Shown: positions 1-12,980, counted from the first letter of the stretch. The stretch is 64,000 nt of DNA from Octopus sinensis (GCF_006345805.1 NC_042999.1:8184001-8248000); one strand, 5' to 3'. Notes: generated from the letters alone by a model not told the origin. Numbers and translations: made by a program.

Positions 1-603
1 TTCATGAAATTACTTCATTTGCACTGCGCCATAACCCCTTTAAAAGTTTTGTGTGATATTATGGGTCGTTGTTGACTTATGACTGATCGACTTTACGATG
101 ATTGGCTTTCCAGAAGTTTATGATTTAAGTATATATGAGTATGCCTAGACATGCAACTACAGGTATGAGAATACATATATAAAACAGAATCTACACAAAT
201 ACACAAACACGCACCAAAAGATACCCTGTTGATGTTGTTGAAATTCCAATGAAGAAGCCTTGCATCTAGGTTAGAAACCAGCTCCCCCTCTTTCTCTACT
301 GAGAAGAGATCTTGAGATAAAACTGAATAATTGTATATATACATATATAAAGATGGAGATGGATTTGCTTCAAGCCTATAAAGCATGTAATCAAGCAATC
401 GTCAAGGAGATATTGTTCTTTCATCTCTATTTTTCTATGAATAAATAATTATTTCTCTTTCTCTCTCTCATACATATGCACTCTTTCTTTCAGTTTCTCT
501 CTCAGTCCCTCTCTCTCAGTCTCTCTCTCTCTCTCTCTCTCTCAAACACACACACACACACTCTGTCTCTTTCAGTCTCTCTCTCTCAGTCTCTCATTCT
601 CTC

Positions 604-635
<32 letters not shown>

Positions 636-1092
636 TATCTCTCTCACTCTCAATCTCTTTCCCTCTCCCTCTTTCTCCCCTCTCTCTCTTTCTCCCCTCT
701 CCCTCTCACCCCCACCTCCTTCCTCCAACCACCACACGTATCCCTTTTCCACTCCTTCCACCCCACTTGCACTCCATTCCTTTATTTGCGTGTATCATTC
801 TCTAACGAACTTTAAACGATGAAATAAATTCTCCTGAAGTGGTTGTTCACTCGTAATAACATTTTGAAATGTTTCTTCCCCAAAGTCTTTGGATAATTGG
901 AAGAAGTTAATATCGTTAATGTCAGTTTTGAAACATTGCAAGTAATAACCGAGGAATAAAACATGGAAAATAGGGAATTTGTTTTCAGAAGAGTTCATTT
1001 CTGAAGTGAAAACATTAGGAACACAAAAGCATTTATTTAGTACTAAGCGAAATTGAACCAATTCCTAAGGGAAGTGGACAAATATTAACAAG

Positions 1093-2312
1093 AAAATTAC
1101 TATTTTAAAACCTCACAACAACCGATATTCAGCAACAGTACTTTGGAGTAAAGATTGTTTGCCAACATAACATGGCAGTTCCTGGTTTAGGACGAATGTT
1201 GCAGTAATTTAGCCCCAGGAGACATTGTCACCAGCTGGCTATACAACACAATCTGTATCCTTCTATTTTCGAACAAGGGAATCTAGCACACCCCACTCAG
1301 CTCAAAACAATATCTGTGTATCGCAATTCCTGGGTTATTTCCTTCATCAGCATAGAATAATTGTTTGGCTAGGGGTGGTGCTGCCAAATTCCTGTTCGAA
1401 ATGTATAGTTTTCATAGTGACAACTAGTCACTGATCTATAAATTAGAAAATTACTATTTGTAAATCTCACAACGAGCGATATTCGGCAACAGTACTTCGG
1501 AGTAAAGATTGTTTGCCAACATAACATGGCAGTCCTGGTTTAGGACGAATGTTGCTGTAATTTAGCCCCAGGAGACATTGTCACCAGCTGGCTATACGAC
1601 ATGATCTGTGTCCTTATATTTTTGAACAGGGGAATCTAGCACCCCTACTCAGCTCAAAAATATAAGGACACAGATTGTGCCGTATAACCAGCTGGAGACG
1701 ATGTCTCCTAGGGCTGCAACTGAAAACTGAGAGGTGGTGCTATCAAAGAGATCCAAAATTAGTTCGTCATTAAACAGGAAGATATATGGATTAAAGATTG
1801 TTTGCCAACACAACATGGCAGTCCTGGTTTAGGATGAATGTTGCTGTAATTTAGCCCCAGGAGACATTGTCTCCAGCTGGCTATACGACACAATCTGTGT
1901 CCTTATATTTTCGAACAAGGGAATCTAGCACCCCCACTCAGCTCAAAACAATATCTGTGTATCACGATTTCCAGATTATTTCCCTTCATCTGCACAGAAT
2001 AATTGTTCAGGTAGAGGTGGTGTTCAAAATATATAGTTTTCAAAGTGACAACTAGTCACTGATCTATAAATTAGAAAATTACGATTTTTAAATCACACAC
2101 CAAGAGATATTCAGCAACAGTACTTTGAAGTAAAGATTATTTGCCAACATAACATGGCAGTCCTGGTTTAGGATGAATGTTACTGTAATTTAGCCCCAGG
2201 AGACATCACCTCCAGCTGGCTATATTACATCGTCTCCTGGGGCTAAATTACAGCAACATTCATCCTAAACCAGGACTGCCATGTTATGTTGGCAAACAAC
2301 CTTTACTTCAAA
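1093..2312. repeat. Tandem array of a ~290-350 bp repeat (4 partial copies) with two fold-back inversions
   Basis: Marker aagattgtttgccaac recurs near 1151, 1505, 1793 and 2132. Inverted arms at 1564-1623/1656-1715 and 2124-2204/2232-2312. Confidence 0.85.
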
Positions 2313-3244
2313 TATTAATAGTTAAGTTTTTAGCTTCTTGCATCCTACATCAAAAACACATCTTAGCTTTTATCTTGTACATCTTGCTTTAAAAGAGAGG
2401 TAGATTTAAAATGTTACCTTGTTTAACACCAGTCTGTGATCAGACTGAACTTTATCCCTCTACCAACACACCTAGTGTTGGAGACTCTTACAGAATATCA
2501 GCAGTTCTACCCTTCCTCTTGTGACTAAAAAATTAAACAAAAAGAAGCCCAGATATTATGTGTAACTACTTTGTAAAGATTCTTTGTTTGTAATGAGGGG
2601 TCCAATAGCTTTTGAAGAATGGACTGCAAAAGGACAGATTCCTCAGTGGTGGTGTATGCTCTTATAATTAAACTGGTTATGAGGGAGAGCAAAAGTAAAG
2701 GTACAATAATGTTGTAGGATAAAAGTCAGATGGATAAATTCTTTAAAATGTTTCAGCCCGAAAGCTGTGGCCATGCTGGGGCACCACCATTGACTGTGCA
2801 ACACCAGTATGTGAAACCACCTCTGATACGTGGCACTTGGTCAACAAGGGAGTTCGACACTACTGCCCACATCTGTTTCCTGTTGAGAGGTAGGTTCATC
2901 TGGAACCTCTGACAAGAAGAGTTAGAGTTTAGTTTTAAAGAAACCCACGTCCACACCATGCAGGTCTCTCAGGCATTTAGGAAGGATAATGAAGAGCTGT
3001 GGTCCCTTGAAACCCAAGCTGTTCCTGTATTTTGATGGTGATGTTGAGATCTTTGGCACCATGCAGATCTTCTGAAAACAGCATAATTAAACTATTGGCA
3101 ATTGAGAATGATTTAATAGCATGTACCATGGTTTTATTAATTGGTTTAGGTACCCTGTAGTCACAATCAGTTAGAAGTACCCTCATTGTCCTCTTAACCT
3201 TGACTCACTAGAAAATTCAGGGTGTAACAACTGGAAGAATAGAG

Positions 3245-3470
3245 GACAGCATCTATCCCTAGCGTCCGCATTGACCACCAGAAAAGGGTTCGGGGGACGC
3301 TGTCAAAGGCTTTCTCCATGTCAACGAAAGCCAGGTACAGAGGTTTGTCTTTGGTTAGAAATTTCTCCTGCAGCTGTCTTACCAGAAATATAGCATCAGT
3401 TTCTCCCTGTTTCTCCCTGGCACAAACCCAAACTGCATCTCATCGAAACTCACTCTCTCGGCCAATGGAT
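3245..3470 (-). mobile_element. RTE-clade LINE reverse-transcriptase fragment (decayed)
   Basis: Minus strand reads ERVSFDEMQFGFVPGR, then after a frameshift DAIFLVRQLQEKFLTKDKPLYLAFVDMEKAFDSVPRTLFWWSMRTLG, typical of non-LTR RT subdomains 2-3. Confidence 0.88.
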
Positions 3471-3804
3471 GTGAAATGATGATGATGATGATGATGATGA
3501 TGAGGAGGATGATGATGATGATGATAGTGATGTTACACAGAAAAGAAATATTGCAAGAAAAAGATTTTAACCACAATCTCAACTGTTTATGTTTGGTCGT
3601 AAGAAGATGGCAACATTTAACAGATTCTACCAAAGCAGAAATTCTGGCAATTGCACAATGTTTAACAACATTAGGGGAAAAAAAGACAAGATAGATTTCA
3701 CAATTCTACAGAAGCAGATACACACTCTGCTACGCCTTTCAATCAAAGATTATAACAACATTAGACATATAATTCTTATGTACAACTTTCACTTAATGCA
3801 GAAA

Positions 3805-4160
3805 CACACACACACACACACACGCACATATATATATATATACATTACCACACACACACACACATACATTACACTCATACACATATATACATTACTCACC
3901 CACACATACATTTACACTTTACACACACACGTACATATAGACATTGTACATACATATATATGTTAGAGACATATACATATATACATTATAAACATACATA
4001 TATACATTACACACACACACATACATATACACATTACACACACACACATACATATAGACATTATACATACATATATATGCTACAGACACATACATATATA
4101 CATTATACACATACATATATACATTACACACACACATACATATACACATTACACACACAC

Positions 4161-4195
<35 letters not shown>

Positions 4196-4742
4196 CATTA
4201 CACACACACACACATATATACATTACACACATATATATATAGACATTACACACACATGTACATATAAACGCTACACACACATACATATATACATTACACA
4301 CACCACACATACATATACACATTACACACACACACATACATATAGACATTATACATACATATATATGCTACAGACACATACATATATACATTATACACAT
4401 ACATATATACATTACACACACACATACATATACACATTACACACACACATACATATATACATTATACATACATATATATGCTACACACACAGACATACAT
4501 ATATACATTACACACATATATATATAGACATTACACACACATGTACATATAAACGCTACACACACATACATATATACATTACACACACACACACACATAT
4601 ATACATTACACATACACATACATATATACATTACACACATACACACATATATACATTACACACTCACACATATGCATATACATTACACACATACATACAC
4701 ATATACATTACACACACAGCCCAGACACACATCTATGCATAA
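3805..4742. repeat. Compound (CA)/(TA) microsatellite-minisatellite with unit similar to cattacacacacatacatatata
   Basis: Directly visible; source of the H/T/Y/I-rich spurious ORFs. Confidence 0.95.
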
Positions 4743-4757
4743 ATTCTAAAGAGTCTG

Positions 4758-4801
<44 letters not shown>

Positions 4802-5539
4802 AGAAGTCCCATATCCATCTGCATCCATTTCTTGCTTCCTTGTTGATCAAGTCCAGAGGCCATTAATTTAGCTGATGCACCTTTCAGAACAAATTATAGA
4901 AGCCTGTTACATTTTCCCCTCTCAACCATCGGCTCCGACCCACCCACCCCCCTTTTAATCTTCTCCTCATTCTTTTACCTCCAAGGGAATTGCACTTGGC
5001 TGCACCTTTTTATTGATGGAGGGAAAAGACAAGGAACTGTCTCTAACACAACTAAATTAACAGAGTTTTTAGAAACGAATTCTTCATCTTCGCTTAGAGA
5101 TCAAAGATTTTTTTTTTTAGTTTTGCATTCTCTTTCTGCTGTATATGCGTGTGTGAGTGTTTGTGTGTGTATTTATATCTGTGACTGCGTGTGTGTGTGT
5201 GTATGTATATATATGTATATATGTGTGTATGTAAGCATGTATATATGCATGTATGAATATATATATATACATATATATATATATTTACATGTACACACAC
5301 ATATATATATTTATACATGCATATATATGTGTGTACAATATATATATATATATACACACACACATATATGCATATTTGCATGTATACACACATATAAGCA
5401 TATATTTATACATACATATATACATGCATACACGCACGCACACACACACACACACATATGTACACACACACACATTTCTTTTGATTTTCTCTCACTCCAA
5501 GTACATTACTGCTGTAGGTGATGTCGCTGGGTTATAGCA

Positions 5540-5562
5540 ATAATAGTAGCAGTAGCAGCAGC

Positions 5563-5607
<45 letters not shown>

Positions 5608-5683
5608 TGTAGTAGTAGTAATATTATTATCATTATTATTATTAGCAGTAGTAGTATTAGTATTAGTAGTAGTAGTAGTAATG

Positions 5684-5751
<68 letters not shown>

Positions 5752-5781
5752 GGTGGTGGTGGTGGTAGTTGTGGTAGTAGC

Positions 5782-5817
<36 letters not shown>

Positions 5818-5885
5818 GGTGGTAGTAGTAGTAGTGGTGGTGGTGTTAGTAGTAGTAGTAGTAGCCTCAGCAGTAGTAGTGTTGG
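5540..5885. repeat. (AGT)n/(GGT)n trinucleotide tract
   Basis: Directly visible; source of the poly-S/G/V ORFs. Confidence 0.95.
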
Positions 5886-6309
5886 GTTTTTTTTGGGGTT
5901 TTTTTTTTATTTTTGGTGGAGGGAAAAAGTAGCAGCGCCTAAATTGAATCCTCCTCTTTTGTTGTTGAATTGAAACTTTCGTGCACTTTTGTTTTTGGCA
6001 ACGGAACCAACTGATACCGAAATATTGTTATCAAGTAATAGCTTATTCAGATTTATCTCAATGCATTGTGTTTGCTATCCATTAGTTGCATATACTAATA
6101 TACAAACATACCCGCCATATAGCATCATCATCATCATCATCATCATCATATTATTATAATATGGGTGTGTATAGATCTGTGTATATATGTTTAGGAACAC
6201 GCACATTTTTATCTTGGTGCAAGTTTATTTTTTCCAGATATTTATCTTGATGGGTTTTCTGTTCAATGTTAGTTATTAAACACACATACACTCATAAATA
6301 TATATCCAA

Positions 6310-6349
<40 letters not shown>

Positions 6350-7629
6350 ATATATACATACACATGTCTATATAAGTATATGTATATGTATGCATATATG
6401 TGTTTGTATATATGTGTGTGTATATGAGTGTGTAAGTATGTATATATATATATGTGTGTGTGTGTATATATATATATATATACATATACACACATGCATA
6501 TATACATACACATGTCTACATAAGTATAGGTATATTTATGCATATATGTGTTTGTATATATGTGTGTATATATGAGTGTGTAAGTATGTATATATATATG
6601 TGTGTGTATGTATATATATATATATATACATCCATATATATATATATATACATATATATGCATGTATGTGTATGCATGTATATGTGTGTGTATGTACATG
6701 CATACGTGAATAAGTATCTGTAAGCATACATATGTATATATGCGTGTATATATGTTAGTATGTACATCAATACATACATGTGTATGATTATGTATACGTT
6801 CACACTATCTCGGATGAATATTTGTTTGGAGATAGGCATAGAATATTACTGATTCAACTCTATTAGCACCAGAGTCTTTATTCATCTGGTACCAAAGTTA
6901 CAAAGACATACGCACACACATATGCGTATACATGGACATTGGGCACACCCCTACACACATATATGAACACAAAAATATAAATAAATAACTAAACATTTAT
7001 ATTTAAGAAAAATAATATAAAAAAACCCACACAAAGCAAGTAAATATTTTAGGCTTATCATAATGAAAATATATCTCTGGAAAATTCTAGACAATGGCTG
7101 AGATATAGAATAATTTAGTTTGGTGGAGTATAACGGAGATTTTGAGTTGAAGGGACACCTCGTTATTTCAGAACATTTATAATCTGTTTCTAACCAAGCT
7201 ACCTGACTTCATTTCTTTGTTGTTGCTTGACCCCAGGCTGGCTCTGATGGGGCAAACCTGGTCGCAAAAGATAATCCAGTTGTGACCAAGCAATTTACCT
7301 GATGATGTGATGGTACACAACTGCCACTGTATCATATTAGATTATGTAAAGATTTATTTTAAAAAATTCATGCAAATAGTGTGATGTGGAAAAACCTGCA
7401 ATTACCACGGCATGGAAACAATTGTTGTGTTTTGAAATTAAAGCCTGTTTATTCCATCTTCTGGCTTCATAAAATGGGGTGTCTATGTAGTAAGATGATT
7501 GCTTCTGAACAACACGGTTCTGGGTTCAGTCCCACTGTGTGGCCCCTAGGACAAGTGTCTTCTACTATAGCCTCGGGCCAACCAAAGCCTTCTGAGAGAA
7601 TTTGGTAGATGGAAACTGAAAGAAGATTT

Positions 7630-7764
7630 ATTTACATTTGATGGATATTTGTCCTCATCTTGTTTGTTGTTAACACAATATTTCAGCTGATATACCCTCC
7701 AGCCTTCATCAGGTGTCTTGGAAAAATTTTGAACCTGGGTTCTCATTCCTAAGCTATTTTTCGA

Positions 7765-7800
<36 letters not shown>
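7630..7800 (-). mobile_element. Penelope-like pLTR-type repeat with hammerhead motif, next to (ATT)n
   Basis: Same family as 30463-30761; minus strand carries acac-CTGATGA-a-ggctg..cagct-GAA-ATAT-T-gtgt. The Penelope assignment is inference. Confidence 0.6.
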
Positions 7801-7805
<5 letters not shown>

Positions 7806-7934
7806 TCACTGCCTGGAATAATAATAATAACAGAAGTAAGATTAGTTATCTTTCAGTTAATTATAAAAGGAGCACGTTACTAATCCCAGACATGTATATC
7901 CATAAGATATGTCATAATCCTCCCAGATTATATC

Positions 7935-8030
<96 letters not shown>

Positions 8031-8067
8031 TATATACATATATATATATATATTATACATATATATA

Positions 8068-8140
<73 letters not shown>

Positions 8141-8549
8141 GCACTTCGTTTCTTCTGTGTTCCCAATACTTTTAACGAGATGAAATTTGTATTCTAATAA
8201 TGCTCTCTTTGATAAATCACTTATATCTTAGTGACAGATACTTAGCCATTCTTTATCATCATAATCCTTCCTTATTCCTGTTTCTTCACCGTTTTCCTCT
8301 CCAGATTATCTTGATGCAATGTTTGCATAAATTCTGCCAACTCTAGAATTTGATTTCATTTCAGGTTTCAACCTCAAATTCTCGTTACTAGTCATCCAAT
8401 GTAAACGAAGAATTTCTTTCCAAGCTCATAATATTCATCTTTATTTTGGTAATGGCATGATTATAACTCAGCTTAGAAAAGTCAATTTAAGTCCACCAAA
8501 GGCAACCTTGAATTCTTTATTATCAATATTTATTCTACTAAAAGATGGC

Positions 8550-8930
8550 AAGCTGCCAGAATCATTACCATTCCAGGTGAAATGCTAAGCGGTATTTTGT
8601 CAGCCGCTACATTCTGAGTTTAAGTTCCGTCAAGATCGACTTTGCCTTTCATCCTTTCGGGGTCAATTAAATAAGTTCTAGTTACGCACTGGGGTCGATA
8701 TCAACTTAATTCGTTTGTCTGTCCTTGTTCGTCCCCTCTATGTTTAGCCCCTTGTGGGTAGTAAAGAAATAGGTATTTTGTGTGTCTTTACAGTCTGAGT
8801 TCAAATTCTGCCGAGTTTGACTTTACCTTTCATTCTTTTGGGGTTGATAAATTAAGTACCAGTTGAGTACTGGGGTCCCTCTGATCGACTGTCCCCCTCC
8901 CCAAAAATTTTGGACCTTGTGCCTAGAGTA
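8550..8930 (+). mobile_element. SINE family B (tRNA-like head ggcggcgagctggcagaa; central gcctttcatcctttcggggtcgataaattaagtacc)
   Basis: Other copies at about 23720-24200(-), 25860-26030(-), 28625-28800(-), 37518-38160(+), 46165-46550(-), 46880-47070(+), 47190-47530(+), 48455-48672(+), 48980-49390(+). The central domain resembles the MetaSINE-type domain (recalled, not searched). Confidence 0.8.
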
Positions 8931-9174
8931 AAAAAGAATATTTATTCTACTACGTTAATCTCATTTTTTACTGGAATACATAATCTTTATAGATGAAGGG
9001 CAGTTTTTAACCCAACTGTATTCTAACACCAAAATAAAAGTAAACAGTATAACCTGAAAAGGAAATTTCAATATAAGAGGTGTGATAAAAAATTATTGGG
9101 AGTGTTGCTATGGTAACAGAGTGAATGAAGCCACTTGGCACAGATTGAACTTGAACTCTGCTCCACATGCACAT

Positions 9175-9500
9175 CATCATCATCATCATCATCGTTTAAC
9201 GTCCGTTTTCCGCGCTGGCACGGGTTGGACAGTTCGACCAGGGTCTGGGAAGCCAGTCTGATCTGGCAGAGTTTCTACGGCTGGATGCCCTTCCTAATGC
9301 CAACCACTCTGCGAGTGTAGTGGGTGCTTTTTACGTGCCACCTGCACAGGTGCCAGGGGGGTCCGGCATCGGCCACGATCAGTTGGAGCTTTTAACGTGC
9401 CACCAGCACGGAAGCCAGCCAAGGCGGCGCTGGCAACGGCCATGTTCGGATGGTGCTTTGTATGTGCCACCGGCACAGAAGCCAGTCAGGGCGGCGCTGG
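9175..9500 (-). mobile_element. Retroposon family C with RTE-like 3' tail (acccatgccagcatggaaaacggacgttaa-(GAT)n) and internal GTGCCnnnGGCAC repeats
   Basis: About 18 copies in the window, e.g. 14655-15060(+), 17815-18000(-), 18255-18495(+), 27030-27230(-), 28810-29190(+), 39600-40020(-), 52090-52910(-, two copies), 55265-55560(-), 63055-63560(-). Confidence 0.8.
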
Positions 9501-10170
9501 TTATAATATTTTCACTCGCTTCTGTTGTTTATAGAGGTGCTTGAAAGTGTAACACATCAAGCTGAGAGCGTTGAAGGTGACTGAGCAAAATACACCTCCA
9601 CTTTTGCCAGGGACATTTGTGTAGACGTCTCCAGGCTCTTAGACAGACCAAACTAAACACTCACACAGTATCTCACAAGTAACTTCTTTTGATGCAATGC
9701 AGTTTTTCCCACCTCCCCAAGAATTATTGCTGTTTGTATTTTGTAAAAAGACCAATGTAGACAACACTAATGTGCAGTAACAAGTATTCTGCTAATTGCT
9801 CAGGAATGTTGTTCGTTAGTTCTTCACACAGCCTGAAAAATACATTTCCATTCACCAACTCAACAGCTGCCATAACAGCATTTAACAAAACGCCCAACAC
9901 ACTCGTGACAACTTTATCGCACCTCCAACTCTCCATATTACATTACGTTCTATTACTCTGGGTATTTATTAAGTTACAATTCCATTATTTTATTTGTGTT
10001 TATTTTGGGAATTCTTTCTTTCCTTAGTCTGCTATCTTCATTTTCTGTTTCTTGCCAATAAATACGAATTATATCTATTGCTATGAGACACATTATATTT
10101 TTTGTCACATTTGCACACCTCCAAAGAAAGAAAGACTATATTTTGTAAATTCTTTATTTCTATTCCTTAG

Positions 10171-10331
10171 ATGTCCCTGGCCTCCTGCTTGATGAGAAAC
10201 TTCGCATAATTCCAACACTAGCCACTGTCGATAATGGTCTAGAGATTAAATGCGGCATTAAAGGCTCTTCAGAAATAGTTTGGCGCCGAAATAATATTGA
10301 TCTTCATAAAATCCACAATCCAGAAATCATG
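10171..10331 (+). CDS. FSTL5: FSTL4/5-like exon A: N-terminal half of Ig domain 1
   Basis: Acceptor tattccttag|, donor ATG|gtaagt, phase 1 to 0. Reads xVPGLLLDEKLRIIPTLATVDNGLEIKCGIKGSSEIVWRRNNIDLHKIHNPEIM, with the Ig B-strand Cys and C-strand Trp. Absent from the ORF track. Joins exon B in frame. The symbol is the closest recognised family member; FSTL4 versus FSTL5 cannot be resolved. Confidence 0.88.
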
Positions 10332-10787
10332 GTAAGTTGGCCAAGATTTATTATTGGTAGACGGAACCAAAGAAACCATAACAGAAGATCCTTCACATTG
10401 GAGAAATAGTTCAAGAGAAAGCATAAAATATCTTTGACAGATGCATCTTAATAAAGCAGGTTGTTGATGCAGAATGGTTAAAAGTTATCTTAGATAAGCT
10501 CTTAGAATACATTTACTGGAAAACTGAAACAGCGCCAGTGCCAAAAGAAAATATATATTGTGTCATATGAATAATCATTGACTGCTGCAGAGTGTGATAA
10601 ATGGGTGCGGAGACAGAGATGCATGGCTTTTCATAGAATTTAAACACCAGAGTCAAACTGCAAAGGGACAGAGTTTCACAACTTCTAATGGCAGTGTAAT
10701 ATTTCACAAGATTATTCCTTATCAGCTATACATCATACATATATCTATATATATATACATACATGTATATATACATACATACATATG

Positions 10788-10827
<40 letters not shown>

Positions 10828-10846
10828 CATGTGTATATATATATAT

Positions 10847-10961
<115 letters not shown>

Positions 10962-11263
10962 TATAAAATACAGTGTACCTTTAAACACATGCGGAATCCA
11001 CTCGTGGGATTCAATATGCTAGAAAGAACAGCTAGGTTCCATAACTACAAAATTAGGGATACAATTGGAGAGGAACGAAATGAAAAGATAAAAACATTTT
11101 ACCATCTAGTTTCCTGGACCAATTGGTTTCTGATTTATATATATATATATATTTTAAATGTGTAGAGGTAACACACGAGTAAGTAGATATTTATGAAAAT
11201 GAAGAATGAAAATGCTACTTTATTAAAATTGGGTCCTTTTTAATTTCCCTTTATATAAATACA

Positions 11264-11661
11264 CTAGCAGTATCGCCTGGCGTTGCTCGGGTTTGTTTCA
11301 ACCCTTTAGAATTGGAATCTTTGAAAAGTAAAAATTTTGCATTATGTAGCTTCTTATTCTCTTTAAGTGAACATTTTTCTGGTTGAAATACACCGAAAGC
11401 TGGAAACACAGCAGTCAAAGAATCGTAAGAAATAGGGATTTTCATAGAAAAAAAGAGCACCTTTTTGATGTAAATAATTTTTGGTATTAACATGATCCGA
11501 TTTGAATTTTTTCTTCTTCGGAAGGAAGAGCAAGCCTTCTTCTATCATACTCTCAATTTTGGTCAACTTGTTCCACAGGGTCTCGGAGGAGATAGTGTTA
11601 GTTGAAGGCTACAAAACCTGCCATACACAGACAACTTCAGCTTTATATATATATAGAGAGA
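11264..11661 (-). mobile_element. Non-autonomous Helitron-like element
   Basis: On the minus strand it starts A|TC and ends with the hairpin cccgagcaacgccagg..gatactgCTAG|T. Termini shared with 42698-43095. Confidence 0.7.
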
Positions 11662-11946
11662 TTAAAAGAAGAATGTTTTGGTTTTGTTTTACAAATATAC
11701 CAAAATCTTACATAAATAAAAAAGAGAGACAGAGACAGACAGAAAAAGGAAAATGTACCTTGTTTTTTAAAATTGTGGAAATATTTAAAAAAACATTTCA
11801 TTTAATTTTTCCACTATTTAATTGTTTTTCATGCTTTAGTCTAAGTTGAAAAAGTCACAGAGACTAAAACCAGTACTAAAATGTTCTTCATGATAAAATT
11901 ATTTTACCATTTTCTACCTTGTCCTATTTTCCTTATATATATATAA

Positions 11947-12350
11947 GGAGGAGTGACTGTGTGGTAAGTAGCTTGCTTACCAACCACATTGTTCTAGGTT
12001 CAGTCCCACTGCAGGATACCTTGGGCAGGTGTCTTCTACTACAGCCTCAGGCTGACCAAAGCCTTGTGAGTGGATTTGGTAGACGGAAACCGAAAAAAGC
12101 CTATCGCATATATGTATATATATATATGTGCGTGTGTGTGTGTGTTTGTGTCTGTGTTTGTCCCCCCCCCACCATCGCTTGACAACCAATGCTGATGTGC
12201 TTACGTCCCCGTAACTTAGCAGTTCGACAAAAGAGACCGATAGAATAAGTACTAGACTTACAAAGAATAAGTCCTAGAGTCGGTTTGCTTGACTAAAGAC
12301 GGTGCTCCAGTATGGCCACAGTCAAATGACAGAAACAAGCAAAAGAAAGA
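11947..12350 (+). mobile_element. SINE family A (tRNA-like head, CORE-like ccttgggcaag domain, internal (TA)/(TG) tract)
   Basis: ~400-bp copies also at 27610-28025(+), 44307-44706(+), 24900-25290(-), 33575-34145(-), 40985-41361(-) and 54345-54742(-), plus partial copies. Confidence 0.85.
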
Positions 12351-12501
12351 ATGAATGAAAAGAACATACATGCATACATACATGCTTGTGTAGATATATA
12401 CATGCACATATATATATATATATATATATACCGGAGTAAACACATAAATGTGAAACAAGGTGGAAAAAAGAGTACTCAAATACCAGTGGTAGAGTAATAT
12501 G

Positions 12502-12979
12502 CTTTATTTTAAGCAGCAGAAAATTCAACAAAATCTGTTACTCTGAGTTTCTCGTTGCCGTTCATCAGACAGTTTTTGCTAGAATGGAACTGATATATCA
12601 ATTCAATCTATACTCTTACAAACGCTACACCTTTAAAAAGAAATGGACTTGTTTGATTGGCCCTTTAGAAAAAACGGTCAATCTTCGAGCGATAAACAAA
12701 AAGGTCAAAAATATATGTATATATATATACATATATTTTTGACCTTTTTGTTTATATATAAATACATATATTTTTGACCTTTTTGTTTATCGCTCGAAGA
12801 TTGACCGTTTTTTCTAAAGGGCCAATCAAACAAGTCCATTTCTTTTTAAAGGTGTAGCGTTTGTAAGAGTATAGATTCAATTGATATATCAGTTCCATTC
12901 TAGCAAAAACTGTCTGATGAACGGCAATGAGAAACTCAGAGTAACAGATTTTGTTGAATTTTCTGCTGCTTAAAATAAA

Positions 12980-12980
<1 letters not shown>
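12502..12980. repeat. 219-bp near-perfect inverted repeat (one mismatch seen) carrying two hammerhead motifs
   Basis: Arms 12502-12720 and 12762-12980. The 41-nt spacer contains a partial extra copy of the inner end of the right arm. Confidence 0.92.

Noticed and set aside
1320-1355. CTGATGA on the minus strand (also on the plus strand near 48128 and 51385)
   Set aside because: No downstream stem II-GAAA-stem III arrangement.
3476-6839. Many ORFs rich in Y/I/H/T/C/V/M/S, including the 260-aa ORF at 3960-4742
   Set aside because: Translations of (CA), (TA), (TG), (GAT) and (AGT) microsatellites; the same holds for similar ORFs throughout the window.
8366-8590. Open frame after a tttcatttcag acceptor-like site; possible upstream FSTL (EF-hand) exon
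   Set aside because: The translation shows no EF-hand or Kazal pattern and runs into a SINE and a stop.
9724-10027. ORFs on both strands just upstream of exon A
   Set aside because: No recognisable domain or compatible splice sites.
11100-11135. Possible further hammerhead remnant (minus strand acc.aatt.ggt..GAAACTAGAT)
   Set aside because: No CTGANGA core; too degenerate to call.
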